A DNA stretch of 64,000 nt from contig JAQBRE010000003.1 of NCBI GenBank assembly GCA_028286605.1, positions 17,275 through 81,274 on the forward strand. The letters run 5' to 3'. Position 1 is the first letter of the stretch. Each line of letters starts with the position of its first letter. Both the position numbers and the translations under genes were made by a program. A model generated the notes under the pieces. The model searched no databases and had not been told where the DNA came from. It saw only the letters and a list, made by a program, of their open reading frames with translations. This DNA comes from Parcubacteria group bacterium (lineage in GTDB: Bacteria > Patescibacteriota > Minisyncoccia > Phycocordibacterales > Phycocordibacteraceae). Shown here one piece after another: positions 51,636 through 61,055 of this stretch.

Positions 51636-52127
51636 TCAGCCGACGAACTGTTCGCGTTCGCGCCGTGCAGCCCGTCCGTATTTGCGTTTCGGGCGCTGCT
51701 TCGGCGGCGGATGCCATCCGCCGCATTTACGTTGCAGATCGAGCAACGCAAGCTCGATGCAGTATTTTCCCGTTTCGGGGTCCATACGCGTGATATCTGC
51801 GTCGGGATTGAATGCGATCTGGAGCCTTGACGAGCGCGCCCAGATTGGCAGACATTCACCTAGCTTCGTCCGGCACTCTGGAGTTGCAATGTACCGGAAG
51901 TATCGGCTCGGGTACGTTATCTGCTTCGTCGTGAAGATCGAGACCGTTTTTGAAGGGGCACAGGGTGGCTCTCTGCCACGGATAATTTCAAGCCCTGCAT
52001 GATCACCTGCGCAGTCGCGCATGCCGAGATCTTTGAATTGAGCCTCGAGCGTCGCTCCAAGCCTTCCGAACAGCATATGTGCCGTGGCATCCGTGTCACG
52101 CAGCGAATAGATAACAGGTTCGAACAT
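51636..52127 (-). CDS. hypothetical protein with Cys-containing core and basic C-terminal tail
   Basis: 163 aa; ...ECRTKLGEC...KYCIELALLDLQRKCGGWHPPPKQRPKRKYGRAARRER; no confident family. Confidence 0.45.
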   Translation of the reverse strand: MFEPVIYSLRDTDATAHMLFGRLGATLEAQFKDLGMRDCAGDHAGLEIIRGREPPCAPSKTVSIFTTKQITYPSRYFRYIATPECRTKLGECLPIWARSSRLQIAFNPDADITRMDPETGKYCIELALLDLQRKCGGWHPPPKQRPKRKYGRAARREREQFVG

Positions 52128-52378
52128 TATTTTCTCCCTTTTTCTGGTTTATGTGAAAGAACAAACAGAAGAGTCCTCGACTGGAAGGTCAAGGACTCAA
52201 TTCAAGTTTCTTCGTGGAGTGTAATTACTTCGCAGAAACCTCAGTTGAAACCTCGACCGGTATTAGGCCGAAGACATACTTTAGGATCCAGCGAGTAATC
52301 TGAGCTGACATAAGAATATTGTACATCTCACATGTGGTGTTCGTCAAAGAGTAAAAATACCTTGGTTTCTGGGGATAA

Positions 52379-52437
52379 ATGGGGGCTTGTGGGGGGGAAG
52401 TGTCATATACTTGTGTATAAGTGGGATGAAGTGGGAT
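52379..52437 (+). promoter_or_regulatory. MraZ-box array (GTGGG direct repeats) upstream of mraZ
   Basis: TGGGGG (52380), GTGGGGG (52389), AAGTGGGAT (52419) and AAGTGGGAT (52429), the last two spaced exactly 10 nt apart. Confidence 0.55.
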
Positions 52438-52475
52438 TTAGCCCATTCACTTCAATCCGCTGCTACTTACCTACA

Positions 52476-52895
52476 ATGTTCATCGGAGAATATCGTCATA
52501 CATTCGATGCGAAGAATCGCATCTCTCTTCCGGCAAAGTTCCGGAAAGAACTTGGCGGCTCCGTTATCATTACGCGCGGCCTCGATCACTGTCTCTTCGT
52601 GTATCCGAAGATGGCGTGGAAGAAAGAAGCGGCGAAGCTGGCAGCACACTCCACAGGAAGCGCCGCAGGACGCGGACTCTCTCGCCTTATGCTCGCCGGC
52701 GCTAACGAAGCGGAACTCGATTCCGCTGGTCGTGTGCTCGTACCCGATTATCTGAAGAGCTTCGGCGGCCTTACCGTGAAGAGCGTCATCGCAGGGGTGA
52801 ACGAGCGTTTAGAGATATGGGATGAGGCAGCATGGGATACCTATACGAAGGAGATAGAAGCTAAAGCGGATGAACTCGCGGAATCGCTTGCATAA
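52476..52895 (+). CDS. mraZ: transcriptional regulator MraZ
   Basis: Two tandem MraZ/SpoVT-AbrB-like halves; FIGEYRHTFDAKNRISLPAKFRKEL. Confidence 0.85.
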   Translation: MFIGEYRHTFDAKNRISLPAKFRKELGGSVIITRGLDHCLFVYPKMAWKKEAAKLAAHSTGSAAGRGLSRLMLAGANEAELDSAGRVLVPDYLKSFGGLTVKSVIAGVNERLEIWDEAAWDTYTKEIEAKADELAESLA

Positions 52896-52899
52896 GGAT

Positions 52900-53844
52900 A
52901 TGGAACAGTCTCACGAAAGCGTCCTTCTGAATGAGTGTCTGGAAAGCCTCGATATACAGCCGAATGACATCGTTGTTGATGCGACCATCGGCGGGGCAGG
53001 GCACTTCCGTGCCTTACTTGAACGTCTCGGTAGCGAAGGTATGCTGATCGGCATCGATGCGGATGAAGACGCTATCGAACGTGCGGCGAAGGTCGAGCAT
53101 GCCTCCGGCGTGCAGGTGCATCTCGTACACGACAACTTCCGTAACCTCGATGCGATTCTCGAGCACGAAAGCATCGAGCATATCGACAAGGCGCTCTTCG
53201 ATCTTGGCTGGAGCAGTTTCCATCTTACGAGCGGACGTGGCTTCTCATTCCGTGCCGACGAACCTTTGTATATGACCTACGGAAGCCCTGAAGAAGGGAA
53301 GACGGCTGCAGACCTCATTAACTCTGCGACAGAAGAAGAACTCTCAGACATCATCTTTACGTACGGAGAAGAACGTTTCGCGCGCGGCATCGCGAAATCT
53401 ATCGTTACGACGCGCCGCCAGTCTCCGATACTCACCACCACCGAGCTTGCAGAAGCCGTTACGAACGGCGTACCAGGCTGGTATCAGCATCGCCGCCTGC
53501 ATCCTGCGACGAAGACCTTCCAGGCGCTTCGTATCGCGGTGAATGATGAGCTCGGCGCGCTGCGCGCCGGCCTGGCTTCGGCGCTGTCGCGCCTCGCCCC
53601 GGGCGGCCGTGTTGCGGTCATAACCTTCCACAGTATCGAGGATCGCATCGTCAAAGGGATGTTCCGTGATGCGGTGTATCAGGGAAGCGGACGCCTCGTT
53701 AACAAGAAGCCGCTCGTCCCCGGCGACGCTGAATCGATGCGGAACCCTCGTTCACGAAGCGCGAAGCTTCGTGTCTTCGAACGCTGCACGAATCTGGAGT
53801 CCTGTGCGCCCGTGTTCGATCATGCCGCCTTATCCGTCGCGTAA
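52900..53844 (+). CDS. rsmH: 16S rRNA (cytosine1402-N4)-methyltransferase RsmH
   Basis: VVDATIGGAGH SAM motif; follows mraZ. Confidence 0.85.
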   Translation: MEQSHESVLLNECLESLDIQPNDIVVDATIGGAGHFRALLERLGSEGMLIGIDADEDAIERAAKVEHASGVQVHLVHDNFRNLDAILEHESIEHIDKALFDLGWSSFHLTSGRGFSFRADEPLYMTYGSPEEGKTAADLINSATEEELSDIIFTYGEERFARGIAKSIVTTRRQSPILTTTELAEAVTNGVPGWYQHRRLHPATKTFQALRIAVNDELGALRAGLASALSRLAPGGRVAVITFHSIEDRIVKGMFRDAVYQGSGRLVNKKPLVPGDAESMRNPRSRSAKLRVFERCTNLESCAPVFDHAALSVA

Positions 53845-53854
53845 TTTTATTTGT

Positions 53855-54169
53855 ATGTCTACCATGTCACTCGTCCCCGCAATGCCCAGCCGCACCATTC
53901 CGGTCCTTTCTTTCGCCGTCGGCGTGATGCTTCTTGCATACATGGCACTTGTGGTAACGACCATCGTGTTCGCGACATGGCAGACAGATGCGATGAGTTC
54001 GATAAGCGACGCGCAGGCATCAATCGGCACGCTCGAGGCGCAGTACTACGCATCCATCGGCACGCTCGACTCCACCGACCCGGCGACGCTCGGTTTCGTT
54101 CAGCCATCGCAGGTTGAATACGTCGCTGCCTCGAACCTGCCGGACAACCTGACGTTCGCCGGCAACTAA
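53855..54169 (+). CDS. ftsL: cell division protein FtsL-like (small bitopic membrane protein)
   Basis: 105 aa, single TM then coiled coil; between rsmH and ftsI. Confidence 0.5.
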   Translation: MSTMSLVPAMPSRTIPVLSFAVGVMLLAYMALVVTTIVFATWQTDAMSSISDAQASIGTLEAQYYASIGTLDSTDPATLGFVQPSQVEYVAASNLPDNLTFAGN

Positions 54170-54170
54170 T

Positions 54171-55904
54171 ATGCGTCGGGCGTTCAGATGGCGGCTTCGT
54201 ATCGTTTCTGGCGCTATCGTTCTGCTCGCTCTGCTTCTGGTGGTGCGTCTCTATTTCGTACAGATCGTGCATGCGCAAGAATATTCCTTACGTGCGGAGC
54301 GTCAGTATGTGAGTTCGAGTCAGCAGCTGTATGATCGCGGCTCTATCCTATTCACTCGTAAGGATGGCGCGTATCTTTCTGCCGCAACGGTTGCCGACGG
54401 ATTCCTTATCGCGATTGATCCGGAAATGCTCAAGGATAAGGACGCTGCGTATCAGGCTATCGTTGCCGTTGAACCATCAATTAATCATGACGCATTTTAT
54501 GCTTCTGCGTCGAAGACGACGGACCCGTACGAAGTGATAACGCACCACGTAAGCGACGAAGCCGGCCGTGCGCTTGATGTGAAGAATATCCCTGGCATCA
54601 TCGTCGAACGAGAGCGCTGGCGCGTGTACCCCGCAGGCGCAGAAGGGGCGCAGACGATCGGCTTCACCGGATATAACAACGACGGCGTAACGATTTCAGG
54701 CCGCTACGGCTTGGAGCGTTACTACGATTCTGTATTGCAGGAACCTGGTAATGGCGTGTTCGGAAACTTCTTCGCAGAACTCTTCGCGAACCTTGATAAT
54801 GTGGTGGTTGATGCGAGTGCCACGCGCGAAGGGGACGTCATCACCTCTATCGAACCTATCGTGCAGGAGAAGCTGGATCAGGATCTGAAAGCGGTGAATA
54901 CGCAGTACAGCAGTCAGCTGACGGGCGGCATCATCATGGATCCTTCAACGGGCCAGATAATCGCGATGGATACCTATCCTTCCTTCGATGCGAACAATTT
55001 CAAAGATGCGAATGTTGATGTTTTCGATAATCCGCTCGTGAGTAGCCGGTACGAGTTCGGTTCTATCTTTAAGATACTCACCATGACGACGGGCCTCGAT
55101 ACGGGAGCGATTCAGCCGGATAGTACATACAACGATACCGGCTGTATCGAAGTGAATAAGTCGCGCATCTGTAACTATGACCTCGCCGCGCGCGGCGTAA
55201 TTCCGATGCAGCAGATTCTCTCACAGTCGCTGAATGTGGGCGCTTCGTACATCGCGACGAAAGTCGGGCATGATAACTTCCGCAAGTATTTTACGAACCT
55301 TGATCTCGGGCAGAAAACTGGCATCGACTTGCCGAGCGAAATCTCCGGCAACATCGCGAACCTCAATAGCCCGCGCGACGTTGAGTATGACACCGCATCA
55401 TTCGGTCAGGGAATCGCAACGACGCCGGTAGAAACTATCCGTGCGCTTTCAGCAGTTGCAAACCATGGAGCCATCGTTACGCCGCATATTGCCACGGCGA
55501 TTCGATTGCAATCTGGCGTGGTGAAGACTCTCACATACCCAGGGCCGATACAAGTGTTCAAGCCGCAATCTACGGATGAAGTGACGAAAATGCTTACATA
55601 CGTTGTCGATAACAATCTTGCGAACGGAAAAGACAAGATTCCTGAGATGAGCGTAGCTGCAAAGACCGGTACGGCGCAGATAGCCGGCCCTGATGGCAAG
55701 TACATTCCAGGCGCCGTGTACTTCCACTCCTTCTTCGGCTATTTCCCAGCCACGGAACCGAAGTTCACGATCCTCCTGTACACGGTGAAGCCGCAGGGTG
55801 TAGAGTATGCCTCCGGAACGCTCACAGCGACCTTCATCGATATGACCCACTTCCTGATCAATTATTACGACGTCCCGCCAGACCGAGCCACGTATACTCA
55901 ATAG
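54171..55904 (+). CDS. ftsI: penicillin-binding protein, FtsI/PBP3-type transpeptidase
   Basis: PBP dimer domain + transpeptidase; SxxK (GSIFK), KTGTAQ; dcw-cluster position. Confidence 0.8.
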   Translation: MRRAFRWRLRIVSGAIVLLALLLVVRLYFVQIVHAQEYSLRAERQYVSSSQQLYDRGSILFTRKDGAYLSAATVADGFLIAIDPEMLKDKDAAYQAIVAVEPSINHDAFYASASKTTDPYEVITHHVSDEAGRALDVKNIPGIIVERERWRVYPAGAEGAQTIGFTGYNNDGVTISGRYGLERYYDSVLQEPGNGVFGNFFAELFANLDNVVVDASATREGDVITSIEPIVQEKLDQDLKAVNTQYSSQLTGGIIMDPSTGQIIAMDTYPSFDANNFKDANVDVFDNPLVSSRYEFGSIFKILTMTTGLDTGAIQPDSTYNDTGCIEVNKSRICNYDLAARGVIPMQQILSQSLNVGASYIATKVGHDNFRKYFTNLDLGQKTGIDLPSEISGNIANLNSPRDVEYDTASFGQGIATTPVETIRALSAVANHGAIVTPHIATAIRLQSGVVKTLTYPGPIQVFKPQSTDEVTKMLTYVVDNNLANGKDKIPEMSVAAKTGTAQIAGPDGKYIPGAVYFHSFFGYFPATEPKFTILLYTVKPQGVEYASGTLTATFIDMTHFLINYYDVPPDRATYTQ

Positions 55905-55910
55905 ACGCTT

Positions 55911-57203
55911 ATGAAATCAATCCTTCGCAGCCTGTTCGTTGTAATACTCTCTCTATTGGCCCGCGGCGTCGTGCGGAAATATCGACCAAAGATCGTGATG
56001 ATAACAGGAAGCGTAGGAAAGACTTCAACGAAAGATGCCGTCGCTGCGGCTCTTGCTCAAGGCTTCATGGTGCGAAAAAGTGAGAAGAGCTATAACAGTG
56101 AATTTGGTTTGCCATTCACCATACTTGGTGAGGAGAGTCCTTGGCAAAATCCGTTTGCTTGGCTGAAATTATTTGGTAATGCTCTCGCGCTTCGTTTTCT
56201 TCCAAGCATATATCCGAATATGCTTGTGCTTGAAGTGGGGGCAGACCGTCCTGGTGATTTGGCAAAGATAATGAACATCGCATTGCCGGATGCCGTGGTG
56301 GTAACGCGCCTGCCTGAAGTGCCAGTACACGTGGAAGCGTATGCGACTCCTGCAGCCGTGCGCGAGGAAGAATTCTATCCGGCCTATGCGCTGGATGACG
56401 GCATGCCGCTCATCTTGAATGCAGAAGATGAATATGCAGTTGCCATGAGCGCGCGCCTGCAGGCGCACGTCATTTCGTTCGGCGTTAGTGAGTCCGCTTC
56501 GGCTCGCATCCTCAAACCGAAGCTGCATGTTGAGAACGGCAAGATAAAAGGAATGCAGGCTACTCTTCACATAGAGGGGAAGGAGTGTCCGCTCGACGTG
56601 CCTGGTGTGGTGGGGAATCCGGCGCTCTATGCGCCGGCAGCAGCGCTCGCAACCGCTGTAGCGCTCGGGATGAGCCTTGAAGATGCTTGTATCGGCCTTG
56701 CGGCGTATCAGCCGCCGCCCGGCCGCGCTCGCGTACTGGAAGGAATCAATGGTTCCGTGCTCATAGATGATTCGTATAATTCTTCGCCCGCAGCAACCGA
56801 AGAAGCGCTCGCTTCGCTCGCGCTCATTTCAACAGAACTGAACCTTCGCCGTATCGCCGTACTTGGCGACATGCTCGAACTTGGTCGCTATTCGCACGAA
56901 GAGCATGAGCGTATCGGTACACTCGTTGCAAAGCAGGCTGACGTACTCGTTACGGTGGGTATACGCTCGCGCGGCATCGCAGATGCCGCTAAACTGGCCG
57001 GCATGCCGGAAGATTCCATACGCATGTTCAGTACTTCGGAAGAAGCGGCAGATGAACTCATCACCATTGTTGGGGAAGGAGATGTCGTCCTTATAAAAGG
57101 TTCGCAATCTGTCCGTACCGAACGTATCGTTGAAGCGCTACTCAAAAATCCTGAAGACTCCAACCTGCTCGTTCGTCAGGACATTGAATGGAAGAAACGC
57201 TGA
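55911..57203 (+). CDS. murF: UDP-N-acetylmuramoyl-tripeptide--D-alanyl-D-alanine ligase
   Basis: ITGSVGKTSTK P-loop, Mur ligase middle and C domains. Confidence 0.85.
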   Translation: MKSILRSLFVVILSLLARGVVRKYRPKIVMITGSVGKTSTKDAVAAALAQGFMVRKSEKSYNSEFGLPFTILGEESPWQNPFAWLKLFGNALALRFLPSIYPNMLVLEVGADRPGDLAKIMNIALPDAVVVTRLPEVPVHVEAYATPAAVREEEFYPAYALDDGMPLILNAEDEYAVAMSARLQAHVISFGVSESASARILKPKLHVENGKIKGMQATLHIEGKECPLDVPGVVGNPALYAPAAALATAVALGMSLEDACIGLAAYQPPPGRARVLEGINGSVLIDDSYNSSPAATEEALASLALISTELNLRRIAVLGDMLELGRYSHEEHERIGTLVAKQADVLVTVGIRSRGIADAAKLAGMPEDSIRMFSTSEEAADELITIVGEGDVVLIKGSQSVRTERIVEALLKNPEDSNLLVRQDIEWKKR

Positions 57204-57264
57204 TTCTATACAAAAAAGCACCGTAGGAGTATAGTGCCCATGGTTTAGTACAGGGGAGAATAGA

Positions 57265-57573
57265 ATGGTGAAGCAATATACAAAAGCTCAGAATAACCAC
57301 CAAGCAAACAGAGTGGCCCTGGGTCACGCGCATAGCGCAGAGGAAGCAACTCGCAAGAAGGCACCGGCACCCGCCACCTCATCGCAGGCAGAACGCGAAG
57401 CAGCCTGTAAGGAATACAACTTCAGGTATAGGGGTCGGGTCATCTTCGAAGGCGACCGAGTCCTGTATTCGTCATCGAACAAGTTACTGATGATGGATAT
57501 CTGCTACTCGGGGGCTGTCCCGACAAGATCGCCGCCAATCGCATGCGGCCTGCCACAGAATAATCTTCGCTGA
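57265..57573 (+). CDS. hypothetical small protein
   Basis: GGGAGA SD 6 nt upstream; no family. Confidence 0.3.
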   Translation: MVKQYTKAQNNHQANRVALGHAHSAEEATRKKAPAPATSSQAEREAACKEYNFRYRGRVIFEGDRVLYSSSNKLLMMDICYSGAVPTRSPPIACGLPQNNLR

Positions 57574-57649
57574 ATCGCGATGAAAACAAGGCGCACCCAA
57601 GGGTGCGCCACTTTTCTTACCTCGGTAATTCTGGTATAAACACAAAGAC

Positions 57650-57721
57650 GGCCTCATCGTCTAACGGTTAGGACAGATCCCTCTCACGGATCAAATCGGG
57701 GTTCGATTCCCCGTGGGGTCA
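57650..57721 (+). tRNA. tRNA-Glu (anticodon CUC)
   Basis: Manual cloverleaf: acceptor ggcctca/tggggtc (2 G-U pairs), D-arm tcGTCTaacggttagGACa, anticodon stem gatcc/ggatc with loop cTCTCac, T-arm cggggTTCGATTccccg, discriminator A, CCA not encoded; close to E. coli tRNA-Glu D-arm. Confidence 0.75.
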
Positions 57722-57789
57722 CATTTTTGTATATAAAAGAAACCGCCCCGACCTACAGGAAGCCGGTTTGGTTCCTTTGGTCGGTGCGG

Positions 57790-58353
57790 TTATTCGACGA
57801 GAAGCGCAGCTTGGTCGGTCAACTCATCAATTGATTTGTAAATTGGAAAATCATGTTCGAGCGCTGCGCTGAAGTTGTACCTGATCTGGCTCAGGCCAGG
57901 GAACCCAGCTTCAGCAGCGATAAGAACCTTCAACGTCTTGTCGTACATCATCTGGCCGCGCCACTCGCCGAGTTCCTGATAGGAATCCCGAGCGTATGGT
58001 TGACCATCGGTGCGAGGACGCGTTCGGCTTTCGCAGGGAAGGTTGAAGAGGATCGCTCCGCCGCGTCGTCCTTCTGCTTTTGCTTTTGCGGCCCGCCTTA
58101 GATAGTAGCGCTCGTATGAGAGCTGGCGTTCAAAGTATTCCTCGTCCCCTTCAAGGCGATACCTGTAAAGCGGATGTCCTAAGCTATATCTGCACGGAGT
58201 GATGATGATGCAATCAGGCACTTTCTTGGCGAGTATCACGCTGAGCTCGCTCTGATGGTCATCACCACCGCGAATGGGTCCGGCGATGAAGAACAGAGGA
58301 TTTCTCGGGAATTCGTTCAGATCTACGAACGTATTGGGAAGGATCAATTTCAT
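57790..58353 (-). CDS. 2'-deoxynucleoside 5'-phosphate N-hydrolase (DNPH1/Rcl)-like protein, nucleoside 2-deoxyribosyltransferase superfamily
   Basis: LFFIAGPIRGGDDHQSELSVILAKKV matches DNPH1 motif (YFCGSIRGGREDR...); 187 aa with C-terminal extension. Confidence 0.5.
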   Translation of the reverse strand: MKLILPNTFVDLNEFPRNPLFFIAGPIRGGDDHQSELSVILAKKVPDCIIITPCRYSLGHPLYRYRLEGDEEYFERQLSYERYYLRRAAKAKAEGRRGGAILFNLPCESRTRPRTDGQPYARDSYQELGEWRGQMMYDKTLKVLIAAEAGFPGLSQIRYNFSAALEHDFPIYKSIDELTDQAALLVE

Positions 58354-58392
58354 TTCCGTCTCCTGCGTTTGATTCTGCCTAGACCCTACCGC

Positions 58393-58854
58393 ATGTGGTA
58401 TGAACGTGCAAAGAAGGAGACAGGGTTTTGCTATAGTGTGGCAATGGTACTTTCGGACAATAAGCTCTGGCTTTCACAGAAGACATTCGTGTTCAATACA
58501 GAAGGAAAGTTCCTGACGTTGTTCAGGACCGAGACCGCGCCTACGCGGCCCTGTTGCTGGGACCTGCCCGGCGGCGTCTTCGAGCTCGGCGAAGACCCTG
58601 AATCAAGCGCACGACGTGAGATACGAGAGGAAGCCGGTATTGAGGTTACCGACATGGCTCCGCTCGCGCTTGAAGGTTCGTATACTCCTGCGCAAGACTT
58701 CGTCGTTACCGTTGCGTACCGAGCAAATGCCGTGAGCACAGACATTACGCTTAGTTATGAACACAACGAATACAAATGGGTTACGCCGGCAGAATTCCTT
58801 GAACTGAAGTCATCGGATAAATGGATGCAGATCGTGCGCGCGAATCTTCTTTAA
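58393..58854 (+). CDS. NUDIX hydrolase
   Basis: Nudix box LPGGVFELGEDPESSARREIREEAGIEV. Confidence 0.8.
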   Translation: MWYERAKKETGFCYSVAMVLSDNKLWLSQKTFVFNTEGKFLTLFRTETAPTRPCCWDLPGGVFELGEDPESSARREIREEAGIEVTDMAPLALEGSYTPAQDFVVTVAYRANAVSTDITLSYEHNEYKWVTPAEFLELKSSDKWMQIVRANLL

Positions 58855-58868
58855 TAGTACAAAACGAA

Positions 58869-58891
58869 GGCCGCCCAGTTTCTGGGCGGCC
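58869..58891. terminator. bidirectional hairpin ggccgcccag-ttt-ctgggcggcc
   Basis: Perfect 10-bp stem between convergent genes. Confidence 0.6.
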
Positions 58892-58904
58892 CGTTTGCTT
58901 GTGC

Positions 58905-59147
58905 TCATGCGAGCTGCGCGATTTGCATATCAACATCTGCAGTGACTCGCACGATCTTCCTGCCCGCTTGGTCAGTGATGAACTCATACCCCAGGCCGGT
59001 GCAGGCCGGCGGCATGTTTCCACCCGTCTTCACCATGGATGCAATCATGCATTGCGCACCAATGCTGAATGCATCAATCGGCGGTACCACGATCACGGTG
59101 GTTTCCGGTGTGACGATCGAAAGTCTAGCGGTGATGCTCTTTTTCAT
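58905..59147 (-). CDS. hypothetical small protein (80 aa)
   Basis: No recognisable family. Confidence 0.35.
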   Translation of the reverse strand: MKKSITARLSIVTPETTVIVVPPIDAFSIGAQCMIASMVKTGGNMPPACTGLGYEFITDQAGRKIVRVTADVDMQIAQLA

Positions 59148-59183
59148 AGCCCGTCCCTTTGTTCAGTCCAAGCGCAGGATACC

Positions 59184-60002
59184 CTAAAGCTTGAAAAGAG
59201 AGAACCAAAGGGAGAGTGGGCCGAATTTCTTATAGGTGCCGATGCGCGTGCGTCGTATAGAGAAGGCAAGCGCGTTCGTTCCAAGCGCGGTACCGATGCG
59301 CTGTGCCAGCGTGCGCATATACGCGCCTGAACCGCAGATAATCCGAAGCGTAAGAACTGTGTACGAGCGATCAGGCTGCAGGAATGTCGGGGACCACGAA
59401 TTGCGCACCTCATGAATACGGAAGTCAGCACCAAGTGCTTTCCATACTTCATCAGACTTCGGTGCAACGGCGAGCATTTCTTTAACGCGCTGCTGTAACT
59501 CGCTTAGTGGGAGGGAATCTATTGAACGAAGCTGGATGCGATAGAACGTTTCTTCGTGTTCAGGAATGATGATGGTATCGAGTGTCCCTTGTAACGCATG
59601 CAGGAAGAGGGGGGTGCCGTTCACGGTCTTAGAGGAGAACGCAGGATAGGCGCGAAGATGTATTCCAAGTTCTTGCGCGAGTATTTCGCGAACCTTGTCT
59701 GTGTTCGGCACGGTATGCGAATCGTTCTCAGTTGCCATTCCTAATACGTCCCCTGTATCACTTCCGATATCGAGCAAAACTTCCACTTCGTATTCCTTAT
59801 CGAACTTCGTGTACTTCTCTTTCTGTTTACATTCATCGCCAAGAAGAACGAGAAGGAGGCCGGTTGCCATAGGGTCCAGGCGGCCAGCGTAGCTGGCCGG
59901 CACGTCTGCATACTCCGGATGCGCAGCCTTCCATTCTTGAATAGCTTCGAGCGGCGTCTGGCCGAGCTTCTTATCTAAAACGACATACGGAGGAATCTTC
60001 AT
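59184..60002 (-). CDS. truB: tRNA pseudouridine(55) synthase TruB-like
   Basis: Catalytic Asp motif GRLDPMATGLLLVLLG. Confidence 0.75.
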   Translation of the reverse strand: MKIPPYVVLDKKLGQTPLEAIQEWKAAHPEYADVPASYAGRLDPMATGLLLVLLGDECKQKEKYTKFDKEYEVEVLLDIGSDTGDVLGMATENDSHTVPNTDKVREILAQELGIHLRAYPAFSSKTVNGTPLFLHALQGTLDTIIIPEHEETFYRIQLRSIDSLPLSELQQRVKEMLAVAPKSDEVWKALGADFRIHEVRNSWSPTFLQPDRSYTVLTLRIICGSGAYMRTLAQRIGTALGTNALAFSIRRTRIGTYKKFGPLSLWFSLFKL

Positions 60003-60065
60003 TCGTACACTGTAGTACGCAAAAAGCCGCCGTCCAAGTAGTGAGGACGACGGCCTTTGATGGTG

Positions 60066-60434
60066 TTATTGAATTGTCGTAATGATCTTAAGATGCTCTT
60101 CGATCTGACGAGCGAGCAGACGCTTCGCATTGCGCAGGCTCTGCACGCTGTGAATATGCACCTTCTGCTCAAGCAGGCAGGTAAGCACGACCGCCTGTTG
60201 CTGATGATCCATAAACGTTAGCCCTGGCACCGCATCCTGCAGCTTCGTGCAGCGGATGCTCAAGTCATCATCATCGTCCGAAGTGAGTTTCAAGCTGAAC
60301 CACCCTTGGAGCGTGACATCTGCGCCACCGCAGAAATGCGGCGGAACTTTCTTCGCGGTGACGATCGCCTGGAAGAGCGAACGTTCGGTAGCGGGCATTT
60401 CTGTTTCGACTTGCATATCAAGGTCCTGTTTCAA
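60066..60434 (-). CDS. hypothetical protein (122 aa)
   Basis: No family; acidic DDDDD run. Confidence 0.35.
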   Translation of the reverse strand: MKQDLDMQVETEMPATERSLFQAIVTAKKVPPHFCGGADVTLQGWFSLKLTSDDDDDLSIRCTKLQDAVPGLTFMDHQQQAVVLTCLLEQKVHIHSVQSLRNAKRLLARQIEEHLKIITTIQ

Positions 60435-60579
60435 AATGAACGGGACCCCACCAACACTTTTTTATAGAACTTTTTTGTAACCCATCTGAGCATACTACTT
60501 TTATCTGAAGAGGCAATAGATAAAAGGAAAAGACGGGCCGTGGTGTGCGGCCCGTCCTTCAAAGTGGACGATCGTCAAA

Positions 60580-60975
60580 TCAAACGAAGTGAAAATGTTG
60601 TTGTACGGGAGTTCGGTATTCGAACACAATCGCTTCAGAAAGTTCTGTCGCCTGAGTGACGGCTTCTTTCAGCTCAGTTACTGCCGTCCGTGCGACTGCT
60701 TCGCGATTACTGAAGATTTTTGAAACGGCTGATCGATATGCTTTGTATCTTCCCGAACCAACAATGACGCTGTTTGGGAGATTTCCTCTCAGCGCTCGTT
60801 TCAGTGCTTCAGGAAAATCCATGCCTTCGTGCAGCTTTCTACCGGTCGAATTTGCGATGGAAAACACCCGCGACATATCCAGCTCCATAATGAGCTGGTG
60901 TCGTTCGCGAGCGTAAGCGATTCCTGTCTCGACTTCGATGATTTTGACGTCAATGAATGGTCTCGTGCTTGCCAC
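60580..60975 (-). CDS. hypothetical protein (131 aa)
   Basis: No confident family. Confidence 0.4.
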   Translation of the reverse strand: MASTRPFIDVKIIEVETGIAYARERHQLIMELDMSRVFSIANSTGRKLHEGMDFPEALKRALRGNLPNSVIVGSGRYKAYRSAVSKIFSNREAVARTAVTELKEAVTQATELSEAIVFEYRTPVQQHFHFV

Positions 60976-61055
60976 GTGAACTCTCCATTACTACAAATAC
61001 CCTATATATAATAGGTATTAAACACAAATATGTCAATAGTTTCTGTGGATAAACG

